Positions 20,417 to 30,537 of a DNA stretch of 64,000 bases are shown here, in pieces. The stretch is from Pseudomonadota bacterium (GTDB lineage Bacteria; Pseudomonadota; Alphaproteobacteria; UBA11222). The notes under the pieces were generated by a model. It saw nothing but the letters and a program-made list of their open reading frames with translations, had not been told where the DNA came from and made no database searches. Made by a program: the position numbers and the translations under genes. The stretch spans positions 3,137 through 67,136 of the forward strand of contig JBMOMW010000056.1 of NCBI GenBank assembly GCA_049325255.1, given 5' to 3'. Position 1 is the stretch's first letter. Every line of letters begins with the position of its first letter.

Positions 20417-21721
20417 ATGCCAGTAAGGCTGAATAGCAGCGCCGCAGGCTTTGAGGATGCGTTTCTGGCGCTGCTTGGCGCCAAGCGTGAAACATCAGAA
20501 GACGTTAATCACACCGTCGCAGGCATTCTTGCGGATGTGGCTTTGCGGGGCGATGCGGCGTTGCTGGAATATACCGCGCGCTTTGACCGTCTGACGGCGC
20601 AGCCAGCGCAGCTTGCCTTTAGTGCGGCGGAAATTGACGCGGCCATTGCCGCCTGTGACCGTCCCACGCTCGATGCGCTGGAACTGGCGGCGGCGCGGAT
20701 CGAGGCCTATCACCGCCGTCAACTGCCGCATGATGATCTGTACACGGATGATATCGGGGTGCGGCTTGGCCATCGCTGGACATCTCTGGGCGCGGTGGGC
20801 ATGTATGTGCCCGGCGGCACCGCGTCCTATCCCAGCTCGGTGCTGATGAACGCCATCCCGGCCAGGGTGGCGGGCGTGGCCCGCCGCGTCATGGTCATGC
20901 CTACACCTGATGGTAAATTCAATCCGCTGACCCTGGCGGCGGCGCGTCTTGCGGGGGTGCATGAAATTTACCGCATCGGCGGCGCGCAGGCGGTGGCGGC
21001 ACTGGCCTATGGCACCGCGAGCATCAAATCCGTCGATAAAATCACCGGTCCCGGCAACGCCTGGGTGGCGGCCGCCAAGCGCCAGATATTTGGCGCCGTT
21101 GGCATTGACATGGTTGCAGGGCCTTCGGAAATTCTGGTGGTGGCGGACGGGGCCAATGATCCGGCCTGGATCGCCGCCGACCTGCTGTCCCAGGCTGAAC
21201 ATGACGTCAGTGCGCAATCCATCCTGCTGACCGATGACGCCGCCTTTGCCGATGCGGTGGCGGCCGCGATCGCCGTGCATCTGCAAACCCTTCCGCGCGC
21301 CGCCATTGCCGCGCAAAGCTGGGATGCGAATGGCGCCATCATCCTTGTACAGAATATGGATGATGCGCCGCCCCTGATTGACCGCATCGCGCCCGAACAT
21401 CTGCAATTGGCGGTGCATGATCCCGAAGCATTAATGGCGAAGGTGCGCAATGCCGGGGCGATCTTCCTGGGCCGTCACACGCCCGAAGCCATTGGCGATT
21501 ATATTGCAGGGCCCAACCATGTGCTGCCCACGGCGCGCGCGGCGCGCTACGCCTCGGGCCTGTCAGTGCTCGATTTCATGAAACGCACCACCATCATCGG
21601 TTGCACGGCTGAGGCGCTGGCGGCGCTGGCGCCTGCGGCCGCCACGCTTGCATCAAGCGAAGGACTGGAGGCGCATGGGCGTTCCATCTCCATCCGCCTC
21701 AATGCGCGCGGTCAAACATGA
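20417..21721 (+). CDS. hisD: histidinol dehydrogenase
   Basis: 434 aa. Conserved HisD segments (YVPGGTASYPSSVLM and SQAEHD). Confidence 0.9.
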   Translation: MPVRLNSSAAGFEDAFLALLGAKRETSEDVNHTVAGILADVALRGDAALLEYTARFDRLTAQPAQLAFSAAEIDAAIAACDRPTLDALELAAARIEAYHRRQLPHDDLYTDDIGVRLGHRWTSLGAVGMYVPGGTASYPSSVLMNAIPARVAGVARRVMVMPTPDGKFNPLTLAAARLAGVHEIYRIGGAQAVAALAYGTASIKSVDKITGPGNAWVAAAKRQIFGAVGIDMVAGPSEILVVADGANDPAWIAADLLSQAEHDVSAQSILLTDDAAFADAVAAAIAVHLQTLPRAAIAAQSWDANGAIILVQNMDDAPPLIDRIAPEHLQLAVHDPEALMAKVRNAGAIFLGRHTPEAIGDYIAGPNHVLPTARAARYASGLSVLDFMKRTTIIGCTAEALAALAPAAATLASSEGLEAHGRSISIRLNARGQT

Positions 21722-22209
21722 ACGTGCAGGAACAGGCCGCGCCAACGCACAAGGTCATCGACATTGTGCTGGACGAAGCCAATATTGTGCGTCTCAACGC
21801 GGACATAGATCACGAACGCCGCGTGGCGATTTTTGATCTGCTCGAAGATAATTTTTTTGAGCCGGTGGGCAGCCCGCATGGCCCGTACCGCCTGCATCTG
21901 CTGATCGCCGATAACCGCCTGGTGTTTGATGTGCGGCGCGAAGACGATAGCGCGCTTGGCAAGGTGATGCTGGCGCTGTCGCCATTCCGGCGCATCGTGA
22001 AAGATTATTTCGCGATCTGTGACAGCTATTTTGACGCCATCAAGCATGCGCCGCCATCGCAGATCGAAGCCATCGATATGGGGCGGCGCGGCCTGCACAA
22101 TGACGGGGCGGAACTGCTGCGCGAACGCCTCGCCGGCAAGATCGAGATTGATGACAATACGTCGCGGCGGCTGTTCACGCTGATCTGTGTACTGCATATC
22201 CGGGCCTGA
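21718..22209 (+). CDS. UPF0262 family protein
   Basis: Conserved alphaproteobacterial gene downstream of hisD. 4-nt overlap (ATGA) with hisD. Confidence 0.7.
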   Translation: MNVQEQAAPTHKVIDIVLDEANIVRLNADIDHERRVAIFDLLEDNFFEPVGSPHGPYRLHLLIADNRLVFDVRREDDSALGKVMLALSPFRRIVKDYFAICDSYFDAIKHAPPSQIEAIDMGRRGLHNDGAELLRERLAGKIEIDDNTSRRLFTLICVLHIRA

Positions 22210-22265
22210 CGCACATGAACGGCGCGCCGCCCGATACAGCGCCCGGCCCGTTCGCACCCGCGCAG

Positions 22266-22700
22266 ATGCCGTCGGCGGTGCTGTTTTCGTGCAACTTTAA
22301 TTCCGTGCGCTCGCCCATGGCCGAAGCGCTGATGAAATATCTGTACGGCCATATCGTCTATGTGGATTCAGCGGGCGTGCGCGCACAGCCGCTCGATCCG
22401 TTCGTCGTCGAAGTGCTGGATGAAATCGGCATCGACATCGCCAAACACAAACCCAAGACTTTTGACGATCTGGAAGACACCTCGTTTGATCTGGTGATCA
22501 CCCTGACGCCCGAGGCGCAGCACCGCGCGATGGAAATGACCCGCACCATGTCCGTCGATGTGGAATATTGGCCCACCCCCGACCCGACGGCGGCCACCGG
22601 CAGCCGCGACCAGATGCTCGACGCCTACCGCCAGGTCCGCGACCGCCTGATGGCCAAAATCAAGGACCGCTTCGGGCCGCTGGCCCCCGCGAAGGGGTGA
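22266..22700 (+). CDS. low molecular weight phosphotyrosine protein phosphatase / ArsC-like
   Basis: P-loop CX5R (VLFSCNFNSVRS) close to the N-terminus. Start chosen at MPSAVLF. Confidence 0.75.
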   Translation: MPSAVLFSCNFNSVRSPMAEALMKYLYGHIVYVDSAGVRAQPLDPFVVEVLDEIGIDIAKHKPKTFDDLEDTSFDLVITLTPEAQHRAMEMTRTMSVDVEYWPTPDPTAATGSRDQMLDAYRQVRDRLMAKIKDRFGPLAPAKG

Positions 22701-22863
22701 GGGCACACCGTAAGAAGGGCGGCATTCGCTTTTATATCAACACGGTGCGGTAGCTTGGTATTGCGGTGGTTGTCGGCGGCGTGATACATGCTGTGCGCGT
22801 TCCGGATTTACCGGGAAAGGTGGCAATATAGTTAGCTTCAATTCGTGGCACCGCATACGGGCT

Positions 22864-23220
22864 TTGTCTAAAGGTTGGCGTGTTCATCAAGGCCGCGATC
22901 CTGAAAAGGAGTTGCGCCTCTTGCAGGGTCGTTTTCGTGCTGTACGCCGCCGCCACGACCGCGCGATAAAACTCCGTCACTTCTATCATTCCGCCAAAGT
23001 TCCGGTGCTGGTTGCCATAGGCCTATCAATCCTGATATCCGGACTAATGAGTTTAAGTCCGTTTCCTCCGATGGTTCTACTGAAACACATTGCTGCCTTT
23101 CCCAACTGCGATGCAGCCCGCGCACTTGGTTTAGCCCCTTCAAACAAGGGAGAGCCAGGGTATTGGCCCCAACACGATGAGGACAGGGACGGCAAGGCCT
23201 GCGAACTGTGGCGACACTGA
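22864..23220 (+). CDS. Excalibur calcium-binding domain membrane protein
   Basis: C-terminal Excalibur motif (NCDAARALGLAPSNKGEPGYWPQHDEDRDGKACE), preceded by one membrane span. TTG start is uncertain. Local GC is lower than in flanking genes. Confidence 0.45.
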   Translation: MSKGWRVHQGRDPEKELRLLQGRFRAVRRRHDRAIKLRHFYHSAKVPVLVAIGLSILISGLMSLSPFPPMVLLKHIAAFPNCDAARALGLAPSNKGEPGYWPQHDEDRDGKACELWRH

Positions 23221-23257
23221 TCGCGGATTTTATGGCTGATGTGAAAGGAGCCACAAA

Positions 23258-23635
23258 ATGAAAGAGCGTGTCCTGCATGTAAAAGTGGGCGAACCACTGG
23301 AGTCCAATATGGCCCGGGCTGTGCAAACCCTGGAAGCCTTGCAGCGCGGTAAGACGCCCGCACCCTATTTTGCCGTTGGATTTTCGGATATGGGCCAGCT
23401 TCTGGCTGTCTTCACCCCGCGCCGTTGGGGCCTGCTTGGCGCCCTGCGTGAGGACGGCCCGATGCGCATTGCCGAACTCGCCCGGCGTCTGAAACGTGAT
23501 TACAAGAACGTCTATGGTGACGTGGAAAGGCTGATTGAATGGGGCGCTGTTGAGAAAGACGAAAAGGGCTGTGTGCACGCGCCTTATTCAGAGATCATCG
23601 TGGATGTGCGTCTGCCAGGGAGCCGGGTCGCCTGA
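23258..23635 (+). CDS. putative winged-helix transcriptional regulator (antitoxin-like)
   Basis: 125 aa. HTH-like segment (MRIAELARRLKRDYKNVYGDVERLIEWGAV). Strong RBS AAAGGAG. Family uncertain. Confidence 0.45.
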   Translation: MKERVLHVKVGEPLESNMARAVQTLEALQRGKTPAPYFAVGFSDMGQLLAVFTPRRWGLLGALREDGPMRIAELARRLKRDYKNVYGDVERLIEWGAVEKDEKGCVHAPYSEIIVDVRLPGSRVA

Positions 23636-23776
23636 TTTTTCAAATCATAATAGGCCTTGTTTATCCCAAAAAAACTCCCCGATTTCCATTGCCCGGCAGG
23701 ATTACCTTGATTTTTCCGCCGATTTTTGCTTTCTGCCAGTTCACATCCATTTGCATGGAGAAAGTTTGGGAGATGC

Positions 23777-23995
23777 ATGGCTAAAGAAGAACTGATCGAG
23801 ATGCCTGGCGCGGTGAGCGAACTGCTGCCCAACGCCACGTTCAAGGTTATACTGGAAAATGGGCACGAGATCATCGCCCACGCTGCGGGCAAGATGCGTA
23901 AAAACCGCATTCGCGTGCTGGCGGGGGATCAGGTGCTGGTGGAAATGACGCCCTATGATCTGACCAAGGGCCGCATCACCTACCGCTTCAAATAA
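23777..23995 (+). CDS. infA: translation initiation factor IF-1
   Basis: 72 aa ([72 protein letters not shown]). Near-identical to my recollection of bacterial IF-1. Confidence 0.9.
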   Translation: MAKEELIEMPGAVSELLPNATFKVILENGHEIIAHAAGKMRKNRIRVLAGDQVLVEMTPYDLTKGRITYRFK

Positions 23996-24022
23996 CGCAC
24001 CGGCACAGGCGTCACGCATCCG

Positions 24023-24604
24023 ATGCCGCAACATCCATATTTGGTACTTGCCAGCGCCTCACCGCGCCGCCGCGATCTGCTGGCGCAGATCGGCGTCATC
24101 CCTGATCTGACCGACGCCGCCGATCTGGATGAAACCCCGCAGCGGGGCGAATTGCCGCGCCGGCTTGTGGCGCGCCTGTCGCTCGCCAAGGCGCAACTGG
24201 TGCATGCGCGTCATCCGGGCTGCCTTGTTCTCGCCGCCGACACGGTGGTGGCCTGCGGGCGGCGCATCCTGCCCAAGGCCGAAACGGAACCTCAGGCGCG
24301 CCAATGCCTGGAACTGCTGTCGGGCCGCCAGCATCAGGTTCTCACCGGGATTTCCCTGATCGATGGCGAGGGTGTGTTGCGCCAGCGCGCCGTGGTGACG
24401 CGCGTGGCTTTCCGGCGGCTGCACAGCGATGAAATTGCACATTATCTGGCGCTCGGCGAATGGCGCGGCAAGGCGGGCGGTTACGCCATTCAGGGCTATG
24501 CGGATTGCTTTGTGCGCAGCCTGAACGGCGGCTACAGCAATGTGGTGGGCCTGCCTTTGCTGGAAACGGCGCACCTGCTGCGGGCCGCGAAATACCTGAT
24601 TTAA
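24023..24604 (+). CDS. maf: Maf-like nucleoside triphosphate pyrophosphatase
   Basis: N-terminus (LVLASASPRRRDLLAQIG) and C-terminal GLPL motif. 193 aa. Confidence 0.85.
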   Translation: MPQHPYLVLASASPRRRDLLAQIGVIPDLTDAADLDETPQRGELPRRLVARLSLAKAQLVHARHPGCLVLAADTVVACGRRILPKAETEPQARQCLELLSGRQHQVLTGISLIDGEGVLRQRAVVTRVAFRRLHSDEIAHYLALGEWRGKAGGYAIQGYADCFVRSLNGGYSNVVGLPLLETAHLLRAAKYLI

Positions 24605-24658
24605 TACCGCGTATTTAATGATATCCTGGCTGGCCTAAGGATAATTGGAACATGGCGC

Positions 24659-26209
24659 ATGGATGAAGTCCTGAACGAAGAAGTGCTGATCAATGCCGGT
24701 ATCGGCGAAACCCGCATTGCGACCGTCGTCGATGGCCGGCTGGATCAGTTAATATTGGAACGCGCCCGATCAGCCGAACAGGGCCGTTCCGGGCATAGCC
24801 TGCTGGGCAATATTTATCTGGGCCGGGTGCAGCGTGTCTTGCCGGGCATGCAGGCGGCCTTTGTTGAGGTCGGCCTGAAACGCGCCGGTTTCCTCGGCGC
24901 GCGTGAGGCGCGCTGCCTGAGCGAACTGCCCAGCTTCAGGGAAGAAGCCTTGCCCCCCATCAGCCAATGCGTCACCGAAGGTCAGGCCCTGCTGGTGCAG
25001 GTGGTGAAAGACCCGATCCGCGACAAGGGCGCCCGCCTGTCTGCGAATGTCACTTTGCCGGGGCGCCTTCTGGTGCTGGTGCCCAATCAGGACGGCGTGG
25101 CCCTGTCGCGCCGCATTGAAGATGAAGCGGAGCGCGCCCGCCTGACGCAGATCTGTGAAGCCATGATCGCGCGCATGAAACAGATCAATGCCGATACGGC
25201 GGGCGCCAATTCCGGCAACAGGCCGATCAGGACTGGCGGCTATATTGTGCGCACGGCCGCCATCGGCGCGCATCTGAGCGAGCTGGAGGTGGACGCCACG
25301 CGCCTCAATGATCTGTGGCGCGACATTGAAAAAATCCGTCTGGCCGCGCAACCCGCCACCTGTGTCTATTACGATATTGATCCGGTTAAAAAGGCGCTGC
25401 GCGATTGTGTGGGTGTCAATACAAAACGTGTGCTGATCGATGACGCCGAAGCCTATGCGGTGGCGCGGCGCTATTGCGATGAAACCATGCCGGAAATGTT
25501 GCCCCGGCTGGAACGCTATCAGGGCCCCGGCGCGCTGTTTGACCTGTTCGGGGTGGAAGATGATTTGCGCACTGCGCTCGATCCTATTGTTCCTCTGCGA
25601 TCCGGCGGGTATGTGGTGATCGAAACCACCGAGGCGCTGACGGCGATCGACATCAATTCCGGCAGCTACACCGAGGCGACGGGTCTGGAAGAAACCAGCG
25701 TGCGCACCAATCTGGAAGCGGCGGAAGAAATCTGCCGGCAACTGAAACTGCGTGGTATTGGCGGCGTCATCGTCATTGATTTCATTCATATGAGCAGCGC
25801 CGAAAATATCGCGCGCGTGCTAAATGTGCTGCATACGGGTCTGGCCAATGACCGCACCCCCACGCAGATTTCCGGCATGTCGGAATTTGGCCTGGTGGAA
25901 ATGACCCGCAAGCGCATCCGTGAACCGCTTGCCCGTCTGCTGTCGGAAGATTGCGGCGCCTGCGGCGGCATCGGGCGCAATCGCTCCGTAGTGGCCATTG
26001 GCAATGAAATTCTGCGCCATATTGAACGCGAAAGCGCCGCCAAACCCGGCCGCCAGATCAGGGTCAGCGCCGCAGGCGACATTGCCGCCTGGCTGCGCGA
26101 TAGCGAGGATGACCTGCTGGGCCGCCTGACCCGCCGCCTGGGGGTTTCCGTCACGATTGAGGCGCGCCCCGGTTTTCCACGCGAACGCCACGAAATATCG
26201 GTGGGCTAA
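24659..26209 (+). CDS. rng: ribonuclease E/G family protein (RNase G-like)
   Basis: N-terminal S1 domain (GNIYLGRVQRVLPGMQAAFVEVG) and catalytic DNase I-like region (GGYVVIETTEALTAIDINSG). 516 aa. Confidence 0.85.
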   Translation: MDEVLNEEVLINAGIGETRIATVVDGRLDQLILERARSAEQGRSGHSLLGNIYLGRVQRVLPGMQAAFVEVGLKRAGFLGAREARCLSELPSFREEALPPISQCVTEGQALLVQVVKDPIRDKGARLSANVTLPGRLLVLVPNQDGVALSRRIEDEAERARLTQICEAMIARMKQINADTAGANSGNRPIRTGGYIVRTAAIGAHLSELEVDATRLNDLWRDIEKIRLAAQPATCVYYDIDPVKKALRDCVGVNTKRVLIDDAEAYAVARRYCDETMPEMLPRLERYQGPGALFDLFGVEDDLRTALDPIVPLRSGGYVVIETTEALTAIDINSGSYTEATGLEETSVRTNLEAAEEICRQLKLRGIGGVIVIDFIHMSSAENIARVLNVLHTGLANDRTPTQISGMSEFGLVEMTRKRIREPLARLLSEDCGACGGIGRNRSVVAIGNEILRHIERESAAKPGRQIRVSAAGDIAAWLRDSEDDLLGRLTRRLGVSVTIEARPGFPRERHEISVG

Positions 26210-26284
26210 CCCCGCAACTGGACATTGCGGTCAAAGTTTCCTATAACCGCGCCGCCTGTCACTTTTCCTTCATGACGGATGCAT

Positions 26285-26360
<76 letters not shown>

Positions 26361-26367
26361 CCTCCTT

Positions 26368-26388
26368 CCCTGTCCGGCCCGGACAGGG
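26368..26388. terminator. perfect hairpin shared by two convergent tRNA genes (bidirectional terminator-like)
   Basis: CCCTGTCCG GCC CGGACAGGG: a 9-bp GC-rich stem with a 3-nt loop, exactly between tRNA-Phe (+) and tRNA-Ser (-). No U-tract. Confidence 0.4.
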
Positions 26389-26395
26389 CGTAGGG

Positions 26396-26485
26396 TGGCG
26401 GAGAGGGTGGGATTCGAACCCACGAGACAGTTTCCCGCCTACACGCTTTCCAAGCGTGCGCCATCGACCACTCGGCCACCTCTCC
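26396..26485 (-). tRNA. tRNA-Ser (anticodon GGA), class II with long variable arm, CCA encoded
   Basis: The reverse complement reads GGAGAGGTGGCCGAGTGGTCGATGGCGCACGCTTGGAAAGCGTGTAGGCGGGAAACTGTCTCGTGGGTTCGAATCCCACCCTCTCCGCCA. Anticodon loop is TTGGAAA. Confidence 0.85.
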
Positions 26486-26651
26486 TCAGCGTTCATAATC
26501 GTCATGGCTACGATCAGGCGCGGCGGCACTATAGCGGGGATGCGCACGGAAGCAACCCGGCATTACGCCAGAATGTTTTTTTCCACAATCGGCGGTAACA
26601 TTTGGACTATTCTGGCCGAATGGGCTTGATGGCACAGGCAAGGGGACAATT

Positions 26652-26996
26652 ATGAGCGCTATTTTCAGGCATTGGCGTATTGTTTTGCGCCTTATTGGGG
26701 CGCTGGCGCTGGCCTTTGCTGCGCTGATGCTGCTGTCCGATCTGCACATCACCGGCGGCGGGCTGGACTATCGCCCTGCGGCGCTGGGGGAAGTTTGGCA
26801 CTACTGGCATGCGCCCAGCCTTAATCTGTTACAGGCGATTGTGGAACGCTATGTGTTGCCGCAATTATGGAGCTATGTGCTGCTGCCATTGCTGCTGGCC
26901 CCGGCCTGGATCGTGACGGCGGCCAAGGGCATTATTTTAGTGGCGCTCAGTCATGTCCGCATCTCCGCCCACAAGGCCGCCAGCCCTTCGCGGTAA
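26652..26996 (+). CDS. hypothetical small membrane protein
   Basis: 114 aa with three hydrophobic segments. Its 3' end overlaps the convergent SDR gene by about 45 nt. Confidence 0.4.
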   Translation: MSAIFRHWRIVLRLIGALALAFAALMLLSDLHITGGGLDYRPAALGEVWHYWHAPSLNLLQAIVERYVLPQLWSYVLLPLLLAPAWIVTAAKGIILVALSHVRISAHKAASPSR

Positions 26997-27811
26997 GTGG
27001 GATAGGCCAGCTGCACGCCCAGCTCGCGTTTGATGCGGTCATTGCGCACCCGCCGGTTGTTCCTGTAAAAACTGCGCGCCATGGGGCTGAGATCCGCCTC
27101 GGCCAGCGGGATCAGCGGCGGCGCCGGCACGCCCGCCAGTGCGCAGGCATAGGCTGTGACATCCGCACCCGCCGCCGGTTCATCATCACAGACATTATAA
27201 ATGGCGCCGGGATTGGGCTTTGCGATGGATGCCTGCAACACGGTGGCGATATCTTCGACATGTATGCGCGAGAAAAGCTGTCCCGGCGCATCAATCCGTC
27301 TTGCGGTTCCCGCCAGCGCATTCACCAGCGCATTGCGCCCCGGTCCGTAAATGCCCGCCAGCCGGAAAATATGCAGCGGCAAGCCGTGTGCGCGATGCAG
27401 CGCCTGCCAGCCGGCCTCCGCCTGCGCGCGCCAGGTGCTGCGTCCGGGGCCGGGTTGCACGGGCGTGTCCTCATCCACCGCGCCGCCGCCATGATCGCCA
27501 TATACACCCGTGGTGGACAGATATCCCACCCAGGCAAATTGCCCTGCGCGGCGCGCCAGGCTTTCGCCCGCCGCGCGCAACACCGGGTCGCCTTGCGCAT
27601 CGGGGGGAATGCTGATCAGCAGATGCGTTGTCCCCTCCAGCCAGGCATCCGCAAAGGGATGCTGGGGACCAAAAGTCTTGATCTGCGGGTCATTGACTGG
27701 GGTGCGGTTGGCGCCCATCACGGCAAAGCCGTCACGCCGCAGCCACGCGGCCAGAACTTTGGCGCTATAGCCAAGACCAAAACAGAAAAGCGCACTTGCA
27801 GGGACAGTCAT
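26951..27811 (-). CDS. NAD(P)-dependent epimerase/dehydratase-like SDR (atypical)
   Basis: 286 aa from the MTVPAS start. Rossmann-like N-terminus (FCFGLGYSAKVLAAWL). The upstream 56 codons of the tracked ORF are rejected. Confidence 0.6.
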   Translation of the reverse strand: MTVPASALFCFGLGYSAKVLAAWLRRDGFAVMGANRTPVNDPQIKTFGPQHPFADAWLEGTTHLLISIPPDAQGDPVLRAAGESLARRAGQFAWVGYLSTTGVYGDHGGGAVDEDTPVQPGPGRSTWRAQAEAGWQALHRAHGLPLHIFRLAGIYGPGRNALVNALAGTARRIDAPGQLFSRIHVEDIATVLQASIAKPNPGAIYNVCDDEPAAGADVTAYACALAGVPAPPLIPLAEADLSPMARSFYRNNRRVRNDRIKRELGVQLAYPTYREGLAALWAEMRT

Positions 27812-27830
27812 AGGATGACTATTTAGGCCC

Positions 27831-28625
27831 ATGCAGCACATACCACAAGCAGCTCTCGTTCTGGCGGCATTATTGGCGGCGGCGTCCGTGCGCCCCGTCA
27901 TTTCACAGGTAAACGCGGCGCAGGTAAATGCGACAGAAGCCGCGCAATATCGCGCCTGCCTGGGAAAAACCGAAACCAATCCGGACGCCGCCTATGACGA
28001 TGCGCTGGTTTGGCGTGACCGGGGCGGCGGCGTTCCGGCGCAGCACTGCGCGGCGGTGGCGCTTGTCGCATTGGGCAAATATGCCGAGGCCGCGACGCGC
28101 CTTGCGGCATTGGCCGAAACGCCGGGCGGACGCGCCATGGCGCCGGCATTGCTGGGGCAGGCGGGCAATGCCTGGCTGCTGGGGGATTTTCCCTCTAACG
28201 CCATTAGCGTGTTAAGCGCTGCGTTAAGTGCGGGATCAAAAGAACTGGCGCCGCTGGAAGAGGCGGATTTGCGCATTGACCGGGCGCGCGCAATGGCGGC
28301 ACTGGAACGCTGGGGCGAAGCCCAGTCCGATTTAAGCAAGGCGCTGTCGCTTGATCCCGAACGCGCGGACGCCTATCTGTTTCGCGCAACCGCCCGGCGC
28401 ATGGAAAACAAACTTGATCTGGCGCTGGAGGATTTGCAGCTTGCGCTGGCGCTGGGTCAAAAAAACCCGGCGGCATTGCTGGAACGCGGCATTGTGTATC
28501 GGCTGAAACAACAACCCGATCTGGCGCGCAAGGACTGGCTGGCGGTGCTGGCGCTTGAACCCGAAGGTAAGGCCGCCGACGCCGCGCGCGCAAATCTGGA
28601 AAAGCTGGATATGAAGGCGGAGTAA
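27831..28625 (+). CDS. tetratricopeptide-repeat protein with signal peptide
   Basis: N-terminal signal peptide followed by several TPR-like Ala/Leu-rich repeats. 264 aa. Confidence 0.65.
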   Translation: MQHIPQAALVLAALLAAASVRPVISQVNAAQVNATEAAQYRACLGKTETNPDAAYDDALVWRDRGGGVPAQHCAAVALVALGKYAEAATRLAALAETPGGRAMAPALLGQAGNAWLLGDFPSNAISVLSAALSAGSKELAPLEEADLRIDRARAMAALERWGEAQSDLSKALSLDPERADAYLFRATARRMENKLDLALEDLQLALALGQKNPAALLERGIVYRLKQQPDLARKDWLAVLALEPEGKAADAARANLEKLDMKAE

Positions 28626-28626
28626 A

Positions 28627-29748
28627 TTATTCCCATTCCGCGCGGACGGCGGGATCGGTTTCATGCCCAAGGGTTTGCGCGCGTAATGGCGCAATCATTT
28701 CCGCAGGCGCCAATTGCCGGATCGCCCACACCGCCATGGCGCGCACCAGCGGTGACGCATCCTTCAGCAGGGGTGTGATAACTGATAGCAGCGCGCCATC
28801 ACCGCTATTGCCCGCCGCAATCAGGCAATTGCGTATAAACCGGTCGCGTCCGGTGCGCTTGACCGGCGATCCGGAAAAACGCAACCGGAACGCCGCATCA
28901 TCCAGACGCAACAGCTCCGCCAGGGTGTTTTCTGATATATCCGTAGACGGATGAAATGCCGTTTCGCGCGCCTGTTGCGCCCATTTGTTCCATGGGCACA
29001 CCGACAGGCAATCATCGCAGCCATAAACCCGGTTACCCATGGCGGCGCGAAATTCGCGGTCAATATGCCCTTTATGTTCAATGGTCAGATAGGAAATGCA
29101 GCGCCGCGCGTCCAGCATGCCCGGGCCGGGAAACGCCTGGGTCGGGCAAATATCCAGACACGCCCGGCAGGAACCGCAATGGTCTCGCTCCGGCGTATCA
29201 AGCGGCAGCCGCAGTTCCGTAAAGATCGCCCCCAGAAACAGCCACGATCCAAATTCCTTTGATACCAGATTGGTGTGCTTGCCCTGCCAGCCCAGCCCAG
29301 CACGCGCTGCCAGCGGTTTTTCCATCACCGGCGCCGTATCGACAAACACCTTTACGCCCGCGCCGGATTCGCGATGCAGCCAGCGGGCAACCTGTTTCAA
29401 CCGCCGCTTGATCAGATCATGATAATCGCGCCCATGCGCATAACAGGAAATATTGGCATTACTCCGTAAACGGAGTTTCTCCATCGGGTTTTCATCCGGG
29501 CCATAATTCATGCCCAGCATAATGACGCTCTGCACTTGCGGCCACAGCACAGATGGATCGGCGCGCCGGTCAGCTTTCGCCGCCAGCCAGTCCATGTCGC
29601 CATGGCGGCCCAGATTTAGAAATTCCTGGAGCCGCGTGCTGGCTGTACCCAGACCGTCCGGCGCAGAAATGCCGATGGCGTCAAAGCCCGCAGCAGCCGC
29701 CTGCGCCTGCAAGGCTGATTTCAGTGCAGACCCGTCCGCGCCGTTCAA
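28627..29748 (-). CDS. queG: epoxyqueuosine reductase
   Basis: Two 4Fe-4S ferredoxin motifs (CGSCRACLDICPTQAF and CDDCLSVCPWNKWA) and C-terminal HEAT-like repeats. The ORF runs upstream into the GST gene, so the real start is probably the TTG at 29748, but this is uncertain. Confidence 0.75.
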   Translation of the reverse strand: MNGADGSALKSALQAQAAAAGFDAIGISAPDGLGTASTRLQEFLNLGRHGDMDWLAAKADRRADPSVLWPQVQSVIMLGMNYGPDENPMEKLRLRSNANISCYAHGRDYHDLIKRRLKQVARWLHRESGAGVKVFVDTAPVMEKPLAARAGLGWQGKHTNLVSKEFGSWLFLGAIFTELRLPLDTPERDHCGSCRACLDICPTQAFPGPGMLDARRCISYLTIEHKGHIDREFRAAMGNRVYGCDDCLSVCPWNKWAQQARETAFHPSTDISENTLAELLRLDDAAFRLRFSGSPVKRTGRDRFIRNCLIAAGNSGDGALLSVITPLLKDASPLVRAMAVWAIRQLAPAEMIAPLRAQTLGHETDPAVRAEWE

Positions 29749-30419
29749 AAATCCAGATCCAGATAATGCGCAGGCGGTGTAAGCCCTGCGACACGATCCG
29801 CCAGAATGGGGCGAAAACTTGGCCGCGATTTTACCGGCGCATACCATTCCTTGACGGCCGGGAAATCATCCCACGGCACCGCGCCCAGATAATCCAGGCA
29901 CGATAATTGCGCCGCCGCCGTAATGTCGGCCAGTCCAAATTCCTCGCCCGCCAGCCAGCGCCGCCGCTCCACCAGCCAGGCAATATAATTCATATGCACC
30001 CGCAAATTGGCCTGACCGGCGCGGATCGTGTCGCCAGAGGGATTGGACGGCTGGCTGGTCAGCCGTTTGTTCACTTTTTCATACAGAATATATGCGGTGA
30101 CTTCGCGCTGAAATTTATGGTCAAACCAGGCGATCAATCGCCGTGTCTCGGCGCGCGATGCGGGGTCAAAGCCCATCAGGCGGCGGTCCGGATAAGCCTC
30201 GTCCAGATATTCACAGATCACCTGGCTGTCGGAGATCACCAGCCGCTCGCCTTCCTCGACCAGCACCGGCACCTCGGCGGCGGGGTTCAGGGCCAGAAAT
30301 TCCGGCCGCCGCTCCCACGGCAACTCCGTGCGCAATTCAAAGCCCAGGCCTTTCTCGGCCAGGGCGATACGCACTTTTCGGCAAAATGGCGAAAGCGGGA
30401 TATGATATAAACGGCGCAT
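29745..30419 (-). CDS. glutathione S-transferase
   Basis: N-terminal thioredoxin-like GST domain (MRRLYHIPLSPFCRKVRIALAEKGL). 224 aa. Confidence 0.8.
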   Translation of the reverse strand: MRRLYHIPLSPFCRKVRIALAEKGLGFELRTELPWERRPEFLALNPAAEVPVLVEEGERLVISDSQVICEYLDEAYPDRRLMGFDPASRAETRRLIAWFDHKFQREVTAYILYEKVNKRLTSQPSNPSGDTIRAGQANLRVHMNYIAWLVERRRWLAGEEFGLADITAAAQLSCLDYLGAVPWDDFPAVKEWYAPVKSRPSFRPILADRVAGLTPPAHYLDLDF

Positions 30420-30537
30420 TGACAGATTGTAGATTAATTTTCGCCAAGATCAAAACAACAAGGCCACTATTTTACTGTTGTCGACCCGGACGCAGTGCTA
30501 TGTGCCGGTTACTGTAAATAGAAGCGGGGTTGCGGGC

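Noticed and set aside
20495-21418. 307-aa ORF on the - strand
   Set aside because: Antisense to hisD.
24770-25789. 339-aa ORF on the - strand
   Set aside because: Antisense to the RNase G gene.
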